Origin: a virus
Lineage: Duplodnaviria; Caudoviricetes
IMG/VR virus record: IMGVR_UViG_3300005529_001081
Location: 1 to 55,374 of that record
Length of the DNA stretch: 55,374 nt
Reading direction: 5' to 3' (one strand)
Shown here in pieces: positions 16,934-26,836 of the stretch (its first letter is position 1; each line of letters opens with the position of its first letter). Made by a program: the position numbers and the translations under genes. Under the pieces are notes generated by a model. That model did not search any database. It saw only the letters and a program-made list of their open reading frames with translations, and was not told the origin of the DNA.

Positions 16934-17386
16934 GTGGCTTCGAACAAGCACGCGCCTCTCGGACTCCGGGCAGCGGCTAGCAAACTCAAAATCAGCCACG
17001 TCGCGCTGCTGAAGGCGGTCGAGTCGGGCAGGATTAAGCGGCGTGAGGATGGCAAATTCGACCTGGAAGCCTGTCGGCGAGAGCTGGCAGCCAACAGCAA
17101 TCCGAAGAAACAGAAATCGGCCCGCGCGCAGCAGCACAAGAAGCCGCTCAGTCCGGATGACACCTACAACGAGCTCTGCCGGCGCCGCGAAGCCGTAAAG
17201 CTTGAGAAGGATGAGTTAGACCTGGCGCGTAAGAAGGGCGAGTTGGTTCCGATCGGCGAGGTAAACGCATTCATTTCCGGAATGATCATTCGGGCGCGCG
17301 ATCGCTTGCTCGCAATCGAATGCGATGAGCGCACCGGCCACGAAATACGCGGCGCTCTCCGAGACCTCGCTCAGTACGTGGGCTAG
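16934..17386 (+). CDS. Terminase small subunit (Nu1-like)
   Basis: N-terminal HTH, coiled coil, ELDLARKKGELVP; directly upstream of the large subunit. Confidence 0.8.
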   Translation: MASNKHAPLGLRAAASKLKISHVALLKAVESGRIKRREDGKFDLEACRRELAANSNPKKQKSARAQQHKKPLSPDDTYNELCRRREAVKLEKDELDLARKKGELVPIGEVNAFISGMIIRARDRLLAIECDERTGHEIRGALRDLAQYVG

Positions 17387-19283
17387 CCTCTGGCTTCCGC
17401 CGGAACGGCTGCCGCTGTCGCAGTGGGCCGAGCAGAATTTGATTCTGTCCTCGGAATACTCCGCCAGCATCGGTCCAATAAAGCTGTACGGCTGGCAGAA
17501 GGAGCCACTCGATAGCTTCACGGATCCGCGCGTAGAAACGACCGTGCTGATGTGTTCGACGCAGATGCTCAAGACTCTGTTGATCCAGGCAGCCCTCGCC
17601 TACTCCATCAGCCAGCAGCCAGGGCCGACGCTTATCCTCGAGCCCAAGGACGCCGACGCCAAATCGTTCTCTAAAGAACGCCTGGCGCCCATGATCCGGG
17701 ACAATCCCTCTCTGAGCGTCGTCGCGGAATCGAAGGGGCGGTCCAGTTCAAACACGATCCAGGAAAAAACCTTCCCTGGCGGCACGTTGGCCTTGGTCGG
17801 AGCAATCGCGCCCGGCAATCTGGCCCGGAGATCGATCCGGTACCTCCTGTGCGACGAGATCGACAAGTACCCGGCCAGCGCAGGCGCCGAAGGCGATCCG
17901 ATCGACCTAGCCTGGGAACGGACAGTAACTTTCGGTGCGCGCCGTAAACGGGTGCTGGCCTGTTCCCCGACCGGCCTCGGGCGAAGCCGCATCGGCAAGG
18001 CTTATGAGGCGAGTGACCGGCGCCGGCCATGGATCCCGTGTCCCAAATGCGGAGAGTTCCAGGTCCTCAAATGGAGCCAGGTCGTTTTCGATCCTGTCGG
18101 CTACAAATGCGCAGCCTGTGGGGCCGTCTGGGCAGACGAGGAACGCTGGGCCGCTTGCGAGCGAACGGAATGGCGCCCGGAAGGCCCTTTTCGCGGCACG
18201 GCCGGATTCTGGATCTCGCATCTCTATTCGCCCTGGAAGCGAATGGCGGCAATGGTCGCTGACTACCTCGACCGGAAGGAAGACCGGCAGCGATACAAAG
18301 TTTTCGTCAACACGACGCTGGCCGAGCTCTGGGAAGAGCAGGGCGATACCCCAGATGACGAGATTCTGCTGGGCCGGAGAGAAGAGTACCCAGCAAATGA
18401 TCAGGCCGTTGTGCCAACGCGCGGTCTTTTCCTTACCTGCGCCGTCGACGTTCAGGAAAACCCTCCTCGGCTCGAGTACGAGGTCGTCGCCTGGGGCAGA
18501 AACCGGGAGAACTGGTCCATTGCCTACGGAGCCGTACAGGCTACGGCGTCAAACGGCCAGGCGCTTCCGGTAACGAGCCCCGAGCTCTGGGAAAAGCTCG
18601 ATCGCGAGGTGCTTCAGCGCGAATGGCAGCACGAGAGCGGCCAGAGCCTCCCCATTCTGGCAATGGGGATTGATACAGGTTCGAGGCCACAGCCGGTTTA
18701 TGAGTTCGCCAAACGTCACGCTCAGCCTGTATATTCCGCTGCCGGGTTGAAAGTGGCGGCGCCGCGTACCGTTGTCCCGCTCAAGGGCGTCAAGGACGAG
18801 ATCCGGGTCATCTCCAAGATCTCCAAAGAGGACGCGGCAAGGAAACGGCAGAATGTTCGAATCGTGAGCATCGGGACGCACCGGTGCAAGCAGGAACTTT
18901 ACGACGATCTCAGAGATTCCCGCCCGAGGCCTGACGGATCCGCCTCTCCTCGGTGTCACCATTTTCCGCAGGCCTATGGCAGCCAGTATTTCGAAGGGCT
19001 GTGCTCAGAGAAGCGGGTGCTGAAAGCCAGCGGAGACGTCTCCTGGCAGAAGGTGCCCGGCCGCCGCAACGAGCCCTTGGACCTTAAAGTTTACAACCGC
19101 GCATGCTATGCAATCGTCGGCGGTGACAGGTTTAACGAGGCTCAGTGGGCCAGTTTCGAGGAAGCCGTGGCTCCGGCCGTTGCTGAGCCGGAGTCTGAAC
19201 CCGAGCCTTCCGAACGGCTTGACGCGGAGCCGGAGACAGGGGGTTGGCTGGGCAGCAGAACGCGCAACTGGCTTCGCCGTTAG
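17325..19283 (+). CDS. Terminase large subunit, lambda GpA family
   Basis: STQMLKT Walker A variant, LLCDEIDKY, SPT, CPKC/CAAC, AVDVQ, RNEPLD. Confidence 0.95.
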   Translation: MSAPATKYAALSETSLSTWASLWLPPERLPLSQWAEQNLILSSEYSASIGPIKLYGWQKEPLDSFTDPRVETTVLMCSTQMLKTLLIQAALAYSISQQPGPTLILEPKDADAKSFSKERLAPMIRDNPSLSVVAESKGRSSSNTIQEKTFPGGTLALVGAIAPGNLARRSIRYLLCDEIDKYPASAGAEGDPIDLAWERTVTFGARRKRVLACSPTGLGRSRIGKAYEASDRRRPWIPCPKCGEFQVLKWSQVVFDPVGYKCAACGAVWADEERWAACERTEWRPEGPFRGTAGFWISHLYSPWKRMAAMVADYLDRKEDRQRYKVFVNTTLAELWEEQGDTPDDEILLGRREEYPANDQAVVPTRGLFLTCAVDVQENPPRLEYEVVAWGRNRENWSIAYGAVQATASNGQALPVTSPELWEKLDREVLQREWQHESGQSLPILAMGIDTGSRPQPVYEFAKRHAQPVYSAAGLKVAAPRTVVPLKGVKDEIRVISKISKEDAARKRQNVRIVSIGTHRCKQELYDDLRDSRPRPDGSASPRCHHFPQAYGSQYFEGLCSEKRVLKASGDVSWQKVPGRRNEPLDLKVYNRACYAIVGGDRFNEAQWASFEEAVAPAVAEPESEPEPSERLDAEPETGGWLGSRTRNWLRR

Positions 19284-19289
19284 AAAACC

Positions 19290-19499
19290 ATGGCCTTTTC
19301 ACAATCTGACCTTGATGCGATGGATGCGGCCGTGGTGGCAGCCGGTGGAAAGCGACGGGTTCGGTTCAAGGACGAGGAAGTGGAGTTCCAAAGCTTCGAC
19401 GAGTGGAAGAAGCTGCGGGATTTCATCGAAGGCCAGATACAGATTGCCGCCGGCACGACAAAAGATCGTTATTCCCTAGGCGAATTCTCCAAAGGCTAA
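19290..19499 (+). CDS. Head completion protein (gpW-like)
   Basis: Size, position between terL and portal, and RVRFKDEEVEF. Confidence 0.8.
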   Translation: MAFSQSDLDAMDAAVVAAGGKRRVRFKDEEVEFQSFDEWKKLRDFIEGQIQIAAGTTKDRYSLGEFSKG

Positions 19500-19503
19500 C
19501 CCA

Positions 19504-21012
19504 TTGAACTGGATCGACCGGAGCGTGGCTTGGCTGGCGCCGCAGGCCGGCCTACGCCGTGCGCGCGCCCGGCTGGCCCTTCAGGCCGTCGAGCGATTCG
19601 CCTACGAGGGAGCCAAATCTGGCCGCCGGACCTCTGGCTGGACCACGCGCGGATCCGATGCCAACTCCGAAATCGGCTCCGGGCTGAGTTCGCTGCGCGA
19701 TCGCGCGCGCGACCTGGTCCGCAACAATCCGCACGCGGCCAGGGGCGTCATGGAGCTGGCCGGCGCGCAGATAGGGACGGGCATCATTCCGCGGGCCGAT
19801 ACGGGCGACAAGAATCTCGACAAGCTCATCGATGGCGAGTTCAGCCGGTGGGCGGAGCGCTGCGATGCTGACGGTCAGCTGGATTTCTACGGCGTGCAAT
19901 GGCAGGTCGTGAAGGCTGTCCCGGAGAGCGGCGAGGCGCTGGTTCGCTTTAAGATTTCCCGACCGTCCTCGGAGATCCGAGTTCCGCTACAGCTGCAGGT
20001 ACTCGAGTCGGATTTCCTGGACCACACCCGCACGATCCAGACCGAGACCGGGGGCTACATCCTCCAAGGCGTCGAATTCGACAAGAGCGGTCAGCGGAAG
20101 GCCTATTGGCTATGGACCACGCATCCGGGATCGGTGCTGCCCATCTCGCCGCGACTGTTGAGTCAGCCCGTGCCCGCAACAGACGTGCTCCATGTGTACA
20201 AGAAAGACCGTCCAGGGCAGGTTCGCGGGGCGAGCTGGTTTGCGCCTGTGATCATGAAGCTGCGCGACCTCGATGAATATGAGGACGCCGAGCTCATTCG
20301 AAAAAAGATCGAAGCCTGCGTCGTGGCCTTCATCGAATCGCCAGAGGGCGCCGATGCGGCAGGACTTGGAAAACCAAAAACAGATTCTTCCGGCAGGAAA
20401 GTCGAATCATTCGAGCCCGGCATGATCGAGCGCCTGTCGCCGGGCGAGAAGGCCACCTTCAACAGCCCCCAGGCTACCGGCGGGTATCGCGATTTCCGAA
20501 CGCCCCAGCTCCAGGCGATCGCCGCCGGCCTCGGCCCGACTTACGAGCAGCTCAGCGGAGACTTTTCGAACGTAAACTACAGCAGCTTCCGCGGAGCACG
20601 CCTCGGATTCAACACAGTGGTCGAGCAGTATCGCTGGTTGTGCCTGATCCCGATGTTTTTGCTGCCGGTCTGGCGCAAGTTTATCGACATGGCCTACTTG
20701 GCCGGCGTGATTCCTGAGCCGAACTACGGCGTCCGCTGGACGGCGCCCAAGCTCGAGTCCGTGGATCCGCTCAAAGACGCTCTGGCTGAACGTCAGCGTC
20801 TGCGCAACCTGACTCTAACCCTCCCAGAAGCCATCGCAGAGCACGGGTATGATCCCGCCAGCCAGCTCGAGGAAATCGCCGAGACGAACAAGACACTCGA
20901 CGAGCTCGGGCTGATCAGTGATGGCGACCCCAGGAAGGTAACCGCTGCCGGCGTGGGCCAGACCGTGGCCCTGGCCGCCGAGAAAGGGCACCTATTAGAT
21001 GCCAGCCATTAA
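19504..21012 (+). CDS. Portal protein, lambda family
   Basis: LRDRARDLVRNN, RPGQVRG, GDFSNVNYSS.R, DPLKD. Confidence 0.95.
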   Translation: MNWIDRSVAWLAPQAGLRRARARLALQAVERFAYEGAKSGRRTSGWTTRGSDANSEIGSGLSSLRDRARDLVRNNPHAARGVMELAGAQIGTGIIPRADTGDKNLDKLIDGEFSRWAERCDADGQLDFYGVQWQVVKAVPESGEALVRFKISRPSSEIRVPLQLQVLESDFLDHTRTIQTETGGYILQGVEFDKSGQRKAYWLWTTHPGSVLPISPRLLSQPVPATDVLHVYKKDRPGQVRGASWFAPVIMKLRDLDEYEDAELIRKKIEACVVAFIESPEGADAAGLGKPKTDSSGRKVESFEPGMIERLSPGEKATFNSPQATGGYRDFRTPQLQAIAAGLGPTYEQLSGDFSNVNYSSFRGARLGFNTVVEQYRWLCLIPMFLLPVWRKFIDMAYLAGVIPEPNYGVRWTAPKLESVDPLKDALAERQRLRNLTLTLPEAIAEHGYDPASQLEEIAETNKTLDELGLISDGDPRKVTAAGVGQTVALAAEKGHLLDASH

Positions 21013-21952
21013 AGTTCATCACACGCATACAACCGACACTTCCTGGGACGCGTCCGTCCAGAAAAGAAACCTGAAAGTCGACCAGGATCCTGCCTATTAC
21101 GAGGAAGCTTACGCTGAACGGCTTCCCGAGACAGACGGGAAAAACAAGAGCGATTTCGATTTTATTCACCACATGGTGAGCGCCGACGGAACCGTCGGCA
21201 GCGCGAATCTGACCGCGTGCTCAAACGCGATCGGCGTCCTTAATGGCGGCCGCGGCGGAACGACGATCCCCAAGGAGGACATCCAGGGCGTTTACGACCA
21301 CCTGGCCGCGCACCTGAAGGACGCTGGTAAGGAGGCGCCGCCTCTGAAGGCATCGGCAGAAGCCGGGCATGCCGTTGAGCGTTTCGCCGCTCCGTTTGCT
21401 CCGCAAACGGTGAACGAGAGCGATCGCATCGTCGACGTCGTGTGGTATACCGGCAAAGCCGTTCCGCGCGCGGATTTCTGGAGTGGAGACGGCTACGATC
21501 TTACGCTGAGTCTCAAGCCCGCCGACGTCAGACTTGATCGTCTGAATTCGGGCGCGGCTCTCCTTGACGACCACAACGACTTCGGAATCCTGAACCAGAT
21601 CGGCGTCGTTCTTAAGGCCTGGGTGGACGCCGGCGTGGCCAGAGCCACGGTTCAGTTCTCGAAACGCGACGACGTGACTCCGATCTGGGAGGATGTTCGC
21701 GCCGGCATCCTTCGCAATCTCAGTTTCGGCGCCTGGATCTATAACAAGATCGAAACCACTGCAAAGGATGCGCGCCGCAAGAGTTTTCTTGCGAACGATT
21801 GGGAGCCCTTCGAGGTCTCGCTCGTTCCCGTGCCGGCGGACGCGGATACGGCATTCCTCTCGGCGAAAGGACGTCGCCCGATCTCTCCCAGTGAGCAGAT
21901 CGACCTGGCGGCCGCTCGCAAACGGGAATTGGACATTTTGAAGTTGCGTTAG
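20999..21952 (+). CDS. Prohead maturation protease (HK97 family) with N-terminal extension
   Basis: LLDDH, GILRNLSFG, WEPFEVSLVPVPAD. Confidence 0.9.
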   Translation: MPAIKVHHTHTTDTSWDASVQKRNLKVDQDPAYYEEAYAERLPETDGKNKSDFDFIHHMVSADGTVGSANLTACSNAIGVLNGGRGGTTIPKEDIQGVYDHLAAHLKDAGKEAPPLKASAEAGHAVERFAAPFAPQTVNESDRIVDVVWYTGKAVPRADFWSGDGYDLTLSLKPADVRLDRLNSGAALLDDHNDFGILNQIGVVLKAWVDAGVARATVQFSKRDDVTPIWEDVRAGILRNLSFGAWIYNKIETTAKDARRKSFLANDWEPFEVSLVPVPADADTAFLSAKGRRPISPSEQIDLAAARKRELDILKLR

Positions 21953-22013
21953 GGCAGTAACCCCGCCCGCGAAGGCGGCCGGGCATTTTTCCAAAGTACA
22001 TGGAGGAAGTGAA

Positions 22014-23570
22014 ATGAACCGAATCGAACGCCTTCGGCAAATGAAAAAGAAGGCGGTGGACCGTATGGAAGCGATCCATGCTACCGCGACAGCGGCCAAG
22101 CGGGATCTGACGGAGACCGAGAAAACCGAATACGAGCAGCTCAGGGCGGAAGCCGAAGACCTCTCGTTGACGATCGCCGATCTAGAAAAACTCGGGAGCC
22201 CAGCTCCCATGCCCGCTCCGGCGGCAAACCAGAAGGACGAAGCGACGCTCAAGGCCGAGGGGCGCCAGGAAGAGCGCCTGCGGGCAAAGACGATCGAAGA
22301 TCTCGTCGCCACGGCGAAACTTGGGGCGGATTTTGCCAAGCAGCTCGTCGAGTCCGGGGCGAGCATCGACCAGGCCCGGGAAAAGATCCTGAACAAGATG
22401 CGCGAAGACCAGGGTAAGCAGCCCGAAACCACCGCGCACGTGGCTGCCGGTGCGGATGCCCGCGACAAAGGCCGCGCCGCAATGACGGAGGCTCTGCTCC
22501 ATCGGATCAGCCCGCGCCAACATCAGCTCAAGGGCGCTAACGAGTATGCCGGCTTCACGCTGCTGGACTTCGCGCGCGAATCGCTGTCCCTTGCCGGCGT
22601 CAAGGTTCGGGGGATGAACCGCGACGAAATCGCCCGCGCGGCGCTGTTCGGCCGCAATGGAGCCGAACAGTATTTCGCCGGCCTGTCGGGGACCTCGGAT
22701 TTCCCGGCAATCACGGCCGACGTCGCCAACAAGCGGCTGCGGATGGCGTACGAGGCGGCTCCCCGGACGTTCGTTCCGTTCTGCCGCCAGGCTACGTCGC
22801 CTGACTTCAAGACCGTGAATCCGGTCCAGTTGAGCGACGTTTCGTCTTTCCAGAAAGTAAACGAGAACGGTGAGTTCAAGACATTCACCGCGTCGGACGG
22901 CAAGGAAAGCTACCGGCTGGCCACCTACGGCGGGATTTTCCGCATGACCCGCCAGCTGGTCATCAACGACGACCTCCGCGCTTTCGACCGGATCACCCAG
23001 GGGATCGGGACCTCGGCCGCGCGCCTGGAGAACGAGACCGTGTGGGCTGTGATCACCGCGAATCGGGCGATGGCGGACACGGTGGCTCTGTTCCATGCGA
23101 ACCACTCGAACCTGAATTCCGGCGGGACCAGCGTGTTGGATCTCGACGGACTCTCCGCCGCCCGCACGGCGCTGCGCAAGCAGACCGCGCCCAAGGGGCA
23201 AAAACTGAACCTCTCCGCGCGTTACATTCTGCTGCCTGCGGCGCTCGAGACAGCCTTCGATCAGCTCTACAACTCGCTGCAGCTTCTGGCTGCTCCGGCC
23301 CCCACAGACATCGTTCCGCCGGATCTCGTGCGTAACCTGACCAAGATCGTCGAGCCGATTCTGGACGATAGCAGCGCCACAGCCTGGTATCTGGCGGCGG
23401 ATCCGGCGACCATCGACACCATCGAGTACTGCTATCTGGAGGGTCAGGAAGGCGTCTACGTCGAGACCCGAAACGGCTTCGAAGTGGACGGAGTGGAAAT
23501 CAAGGGCCGGCTGGATTTTGCCGCCGCGGCGATCGACTACCGCGGTCTGCAAAAGAACGCCGGAGCCTAA
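22014..23570 (+). CDS. Major capsid protein with N-terminal scaffold region
   Basis: TSDFP, DFK, ENGEFK, TYG...TRQLVINDDL, LEGQEG, DYRGL. Confidence 0.93.
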   Translation: MNRIERLRQMKKKAVDRMEAIHATATAAKRDLTETEKTEYEQLRAEAEDLSLTIADLEKLGSPAPMPAPAANQKDEATLKAEGRQEERLRAKTIEDLVATAKLGADFAKQLVESGASIDQAREKILNKMREDQGKQPETTAHVAAGADARDKGRAAMTEALLHRISPRQHQLKGANEYAGFTLLDFARESLSLAGVKVRGMNRDEIARAALFGRNGAEQYFAGLSGTSDFPAITADVANKRLRMAYEAAPRTFVPFCRQATSPDFKTVNPVQLSDVSSFQKVNENGEFKTFTASDGKESYRLATYGGIFRMTRQLVINDDLRAFDRITQGIGTSAARLENETVWAVITANRAMADTVALFHANHSNLNSGGTSVLDLDGLSAARTALRKQTAPKGQKLNLSARYILLPAALETAFDQLYNSLQLLAAPAPTDIVPPDLVRNLTKIVEPILDDSSATAWYLAADPATIDTIEYCYLEGQEGVYVETRNGFEVDGVEIKGRLDFAAAAIDYRGLQKNAGA

Positions 23571-23597
23571 GGCGGTTCAGGCGTAGTTCGAAACCGG

Positions 23598-23645
23598 GAG
23601 GAGGCCGCGCGGCACACGCTAACGCGGCCGTCTCCTTCAATTTTT
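23598..23645 (+). terminator. Probable intrinsic terminator after the capsid gene
   Basis: GGAG-GGCCGCG...CGCGGCC-CTCC imperfect hairpin followed by a T run. Confidence 0.5.
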
Positions 23646-23659
23646 GTGGAGGAAAGCAA

Positions 23660-23998
23660 ATGACGAATTTTGTGCAAAACGGCAGGGTCGTCACTTTGAC
23701 GGCGCCGTACACCCGAACCGCCAACCAGGGTGCGTTGGTGGGGTCCATCTTCGGCGTGGCGGAGAACGATGTCACCAGCGGCTCCGAGGGAGAGTTCGCG
23801 ATAGAGGGGGTCTTCGATTTAACGAAGGCCGCCGGGGTCGACTTCGCTCAAGGCGACAAGTGCTATTGGGATGACAGCGCCAAAGAAGTGGCGGACACCG
23901 ATTCGGCCAACAGCTATTTGATCGGCGTGGCCGTGAAAGCTGCTGCTGTCGGCGATTCGACGGTCCGGGTGCGCCTGAATGGGACGTCGGTCAGCTAG
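23660..23998 (+). CDS. DUF2190 family capsid cement/decoration protein
   Basis: MTNFVQNG...EGVFDL.K...GDKCYWD...VRVRLN. Confidence 0.88.
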   Translation: MTNFVQNGRVVTLTAPYTRTANQGALVGSIFGVAENDVTSGSEGEFAIEGVFDLTKAAGVDFAQGDKCYWDDSAKEVADTDSANSYLIGVAVKAAAVGDSTVRVRLNGTSVS

Positions 23999-24464
23999 CC
24001 GGTCGCTCGTTGTCGCACTGCTGGCGCTTCTGGCGCCAGTGTGGGCTCAGGAGACGAAGTACACCTATTTCGTCTCCCGCTCTGTCACCGGACAGACCAA
24101 CAGGATCACCATCCGCCAACCTACTGCTGGCGGCCGGGATCTGAAGCTCGATGGAGTCTACTTTTGCTGCTCCGTCGCGTGCAGCCCGGTAATCAGCAAG
24201 GGAGGCTCGGTCTCGGGGGGCACAGCGGGCACGATCGTAAATCTTGACGATCGTTCGCCGTCGGCCACCTCGTCAGCTACCTTGGACGGCACGGTGACCG
24301 GGGCGACGTCGATATCCTTCCCGACGATCAGCGCCGGCGCAGACAGGACCCACGGGGGCGGCCTCTACCTGCACTGGACAGGAACGCCAAGCCAGTTCAC
24401 CGTGGAGCTCACATCGGGGTCCAGCGGAACTCTCTACATACTGCTCAACTTCTCAGAACCGTGA
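23979..24464 (+). CDS. Ser/Thr/Gly-rich beta protein with predicted signal peptide
   Basis: RSLVVALLALLAPVWA-Q N-terminus. Confidence 0.6.
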   Translation: MGRRSASRSLVVALLALLAPVWAQETKYTYFVSRSVTGQTNRITIRQPTAGGRDLKLDGVYFCCSVACSPVISKGGSVSGGTAGTIVNLDDRSPSATSSATLDGTVTGATSISFPTISAGADRTHGGGLYLHWTGTPSQFTVELTSGSSGTLYILLNFSEP

Positions 24465-25111
24465 CGTATTGGACGGTTCCGAGGGAGTGGCCTGGGGAGA
24501 CCATATTTGTCCTGGCCGGCGGACCAAGCCTGCGCGGTTTCGACTCGAGCCCGCTGGCCGGCCGCCGGGTGATCGCGATCAATAATTCCTGGGAGCTTAA
24601 ACCAGATTGTGACGTCCTGCACTTTTGCGATCGCCGCTGGTGGGATCCGAATGGTTTGGGGCACGGTGAGCGGGTGAAAGCGGGATTTACTGGACGCTGG
24701 ATCACCACCGTCGCTGCCTTGGTTCACGATCCGGCGGTCAAGCGCCTTCGCCAGTCGATGCGCGAGAGCGGAGTCTCAGAGGATCCTTCCGCGCTGGTAC
24801 ACGGCGGTCACGGAGGGTATCAGGCGATCGGGCTGGCCTTCCTGTTTGGCGCCAAGAGGATCGTTCTCTTGGGCTATGACATGCGGTCGCTTCCCCTCGA
24901 GGAAGCAATTCCGGGCGACGGAACCCATTGGCACCACGGGCACTCCGGCCAGAGACGGGATCACTTCGAGCATCGGCTCAGGACTTGCTTTCTGCCCTCG
25001 ATGCGCAGGCTGGTAGAACCGCTCGCGCGGGCCGGAGTCGAAGTGCTTAACGCCACGCCCGATTCAGCGCTTGATTGCTGGCCGAGAGTGCGCCTGGAAG
25101 AAACGCTGTAG
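24461..25111 (+). CDS. Maf/DUF115/GT42-like putative glycosyltransferase
   Basis: FVLAGGPSL, IAINN, GGYQAI..A...GAKRIVLLGYDM. Confidence 0.7.
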   Translation: MTYWTVPREWPGETIFVLAGGPSLRGFDSSPLAGRRVIAINNSWELKPDCDVLHFCDRRWWDPNGLGHGERVKAGFTGRWITTVAALVHDPAVKRLRQSMRESGVSEDPSALVHGGHGGYQAIGLAFLFGAKRIVLLGYDMRSLPLEEAIPGDGTHWHHGHSGQRRDHFEHRLRTCFLPSMRRLVEPLARAGVEVLNATPDSALDCWPRVRLEETL

Positions 25112-25113
25112 CC

Positions 25114-25569
25114 GTGTTAGCCGGCAAGACCTGGTGCGCGCTGTACCCGACGAGCCGCCGCGTCGAGGATTTGATCGAACCGTTCAGATCGAATTGCTCT
25201 GGGTTCCTGGCTGATCTTAAGTCCTCCGGCGCCACGGTGCTGATCGCGGCTACGCGCCGGCCGGAAGAGAGAGCCTGGCTCATGCACTGGGCCTGGAGAA
25301 TTGGCCGAGAGGGATATGACCCGGCGAAAGTCCCTACTCGATCAGGTATTTCGATCGAATGGACCAGGCCGGGAGCCCTGGAGATGGTCGCCGGATACGG
25401 GATAGCCTACCGTCCGGCTTTGACGTCGCGGCACATTCAGGGCCGGGCGATCGACATGCGGATTACCGGATGGAAGGGAACCGAGCAGGAGCTCTACGCG
25501 CGGGGAGCCAGCTTCGGCGTCCGGAAGCTGATTAAAGACCCGCCCCACTGGAGCGACGACGGTACATGA
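25114..25569 (+). CDS. Peptidase M15-family peptidoglycan hydrolase (putative endolysin)
   Basis: SRHIQGRAID and DPPHW zinc motifs; start uncertain. Confidence 0.8.
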   Translation: MLAGKTWCALYPTSRRVEDLIEPFRSNCSGFLADLKSSGATVLIAATRRPEERAWLMHWAWRIGREGYDPAKVPTRSGISIEWTRPGALEMVAGYGIAYRPALTSRHIQGRAIDMRITGWKGTEQELYARGASFGVRKLIKDPPHWSDDGT

Positions 25570-26138
25570 TTTCGGTGGTCATCCCGGTCCGCCGCGGCGG
25601 ATCTGCGCGTACGACACTCGTCTCGCTTGCAGCCCAAACGATGCAGGATTTCGAAATCATCGTTTCCTGGGACGAGGAGCTGCGGGGCGCAAATTGGGCC
25701 AGGAATCGCGGTGCCGAACTGGCAACGGGAGACCTCTTGCTGTTCTCGGACGACGACGTCTCCTGGTCGCACGACGCCCTTGAGCGATTGACCGGTGCGC
25801 TCGCCGCCGACCAGGCTGCCAGCTGGGCCTACGGTGCCTACGAAATGGGAGGTCGGATCCAATGCGACCTGCCGTTTGACGCCCGGCGCCTCCGGAGAGG
25901 GAATTACATTTCCACGATGAGCCTGGTCAAGCGAGCGGACTTTCCTGGCTTTGATGAGTCCGTCGCTCGACTTCAGGACTGGGATCTGTGGCTCACGATG
26001 ACGGAGCGGGGGCATCGGGGCGTGTACTGCGGCGGAGTTATCTTTTCGACCGTCGAGAAGCCTGGGATCACGCTTGATGGACCCGTCAGCTGGGAGGAAG
26101 CCCGCATGATCGTGGCGCGGAAACACGGTATTGCATGA
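25566..26138 (+). CDS. Glycosyltransferase family 2
   Basis: ISVVIP, ARNRG, FSDDD, QDWDLWL. Confidence 0.92.
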   Translation: MISVVIPVRRGGSARTTLVSLAAQTMQDFEIIVSWDEELRGANWARNRGAELATGDLLLFSDDDVSWSHDALERLTGALAADQAASWAYGAYEMGGRIQCDLPFDARRLRRGNYISTMSLVKRADFPGFDESVARLQDWDLWLTMTERGHRGVYCGGVIFSTVEKPGITLDGPVSWEEARMIVARKHGIA

Positions 26139-26836
26139 AAATCGCGGTCTACACACTTACCCGTGATCGCCTGGCTTACACGAAAGCCTGTTTTTCGGAA
26201 CTTCGCGAGAAGGCTGGAATATCGTTTGACCATTTCGTGGTGGACAACGGATCCCAGGACGGCACGGCAGATTGGCTCTCCGATGAGCTCAGAGCGCGCC
26301 GGCTAAAGGGACTCACTCTTAATCCAGCGAACGAGGGGATCTCGGCGGGTTCGAATACCGCTCTCGAGCATATCCGGAAGATAGGCTCGCCGTACGATCT
26401 CGTTGTCAAGTTCGATAACGATTGCTTCGTGAAATCGGAGAACGTGCTGGGGCAGATGGCCGAGATCTTCGAATCGATCGGCCCTTTTGCTTCGCGGTTC
26501 GTGCTGAGCCCCCGCGTCGAGGGCATAAATCGACAGCCATCGCGCGGTCGAATGACCCAGCTCGCCGGCCGCCGCATCGGATTGACGGCGATCGTCGGCG
26601 GACTCTTTCACTGTGTTCCTGCGGACGTGTATCGCCGCTACCGTTACCCCACAGAGCTGCCGCTCGCCAGCGGCCAGGATGATCACTTCTGCCACTGGTT
26701 CAAGGACAACGGCGGCGAAGTCGGCTACGTGGAGGGGCTGATCGTCGAGCACTACCGCGGCACCGACCAGCAGGCGCTCGACTATCCCGCGTATTTCGAA
26801 CGCAAGTGGCAAGAGGAAAAGACCGTGTCCCGATGA
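26135..26836 (+). CDS. Glycosyltransferase family 2
   Basis: VVDNGSQDGT, NEGIS, KFDND, QDD. Confidence 0.92.
   Translation: MKIAVYTLTRDRLAYTKACFSELREKAGISFDHFVVDNGSQDGTADWLSDELRARRLKGLTLNPANEGISAGSNTALEHIRKIGSPYDLVVKFDNDCFVKSENVLGQMAEIFESIGPFASRFVLSPRVEGINRQPSRGRMTQLAGRRIGLTAIVGGLFHCVPADVYRRYRYPTELPLASGQDDHFCHWFKDNGGEVGYVEGLIVEHYRGTDQQALDYPAYFERKWQEEKTVSR

Noticed and set aside
21221-23552. Long minus-strand ORFs (415 aa and 456 aa)
   Set aside because: Antisense shadows of the protease and capsid genes in high-GC DNA, with no recognisable motifs
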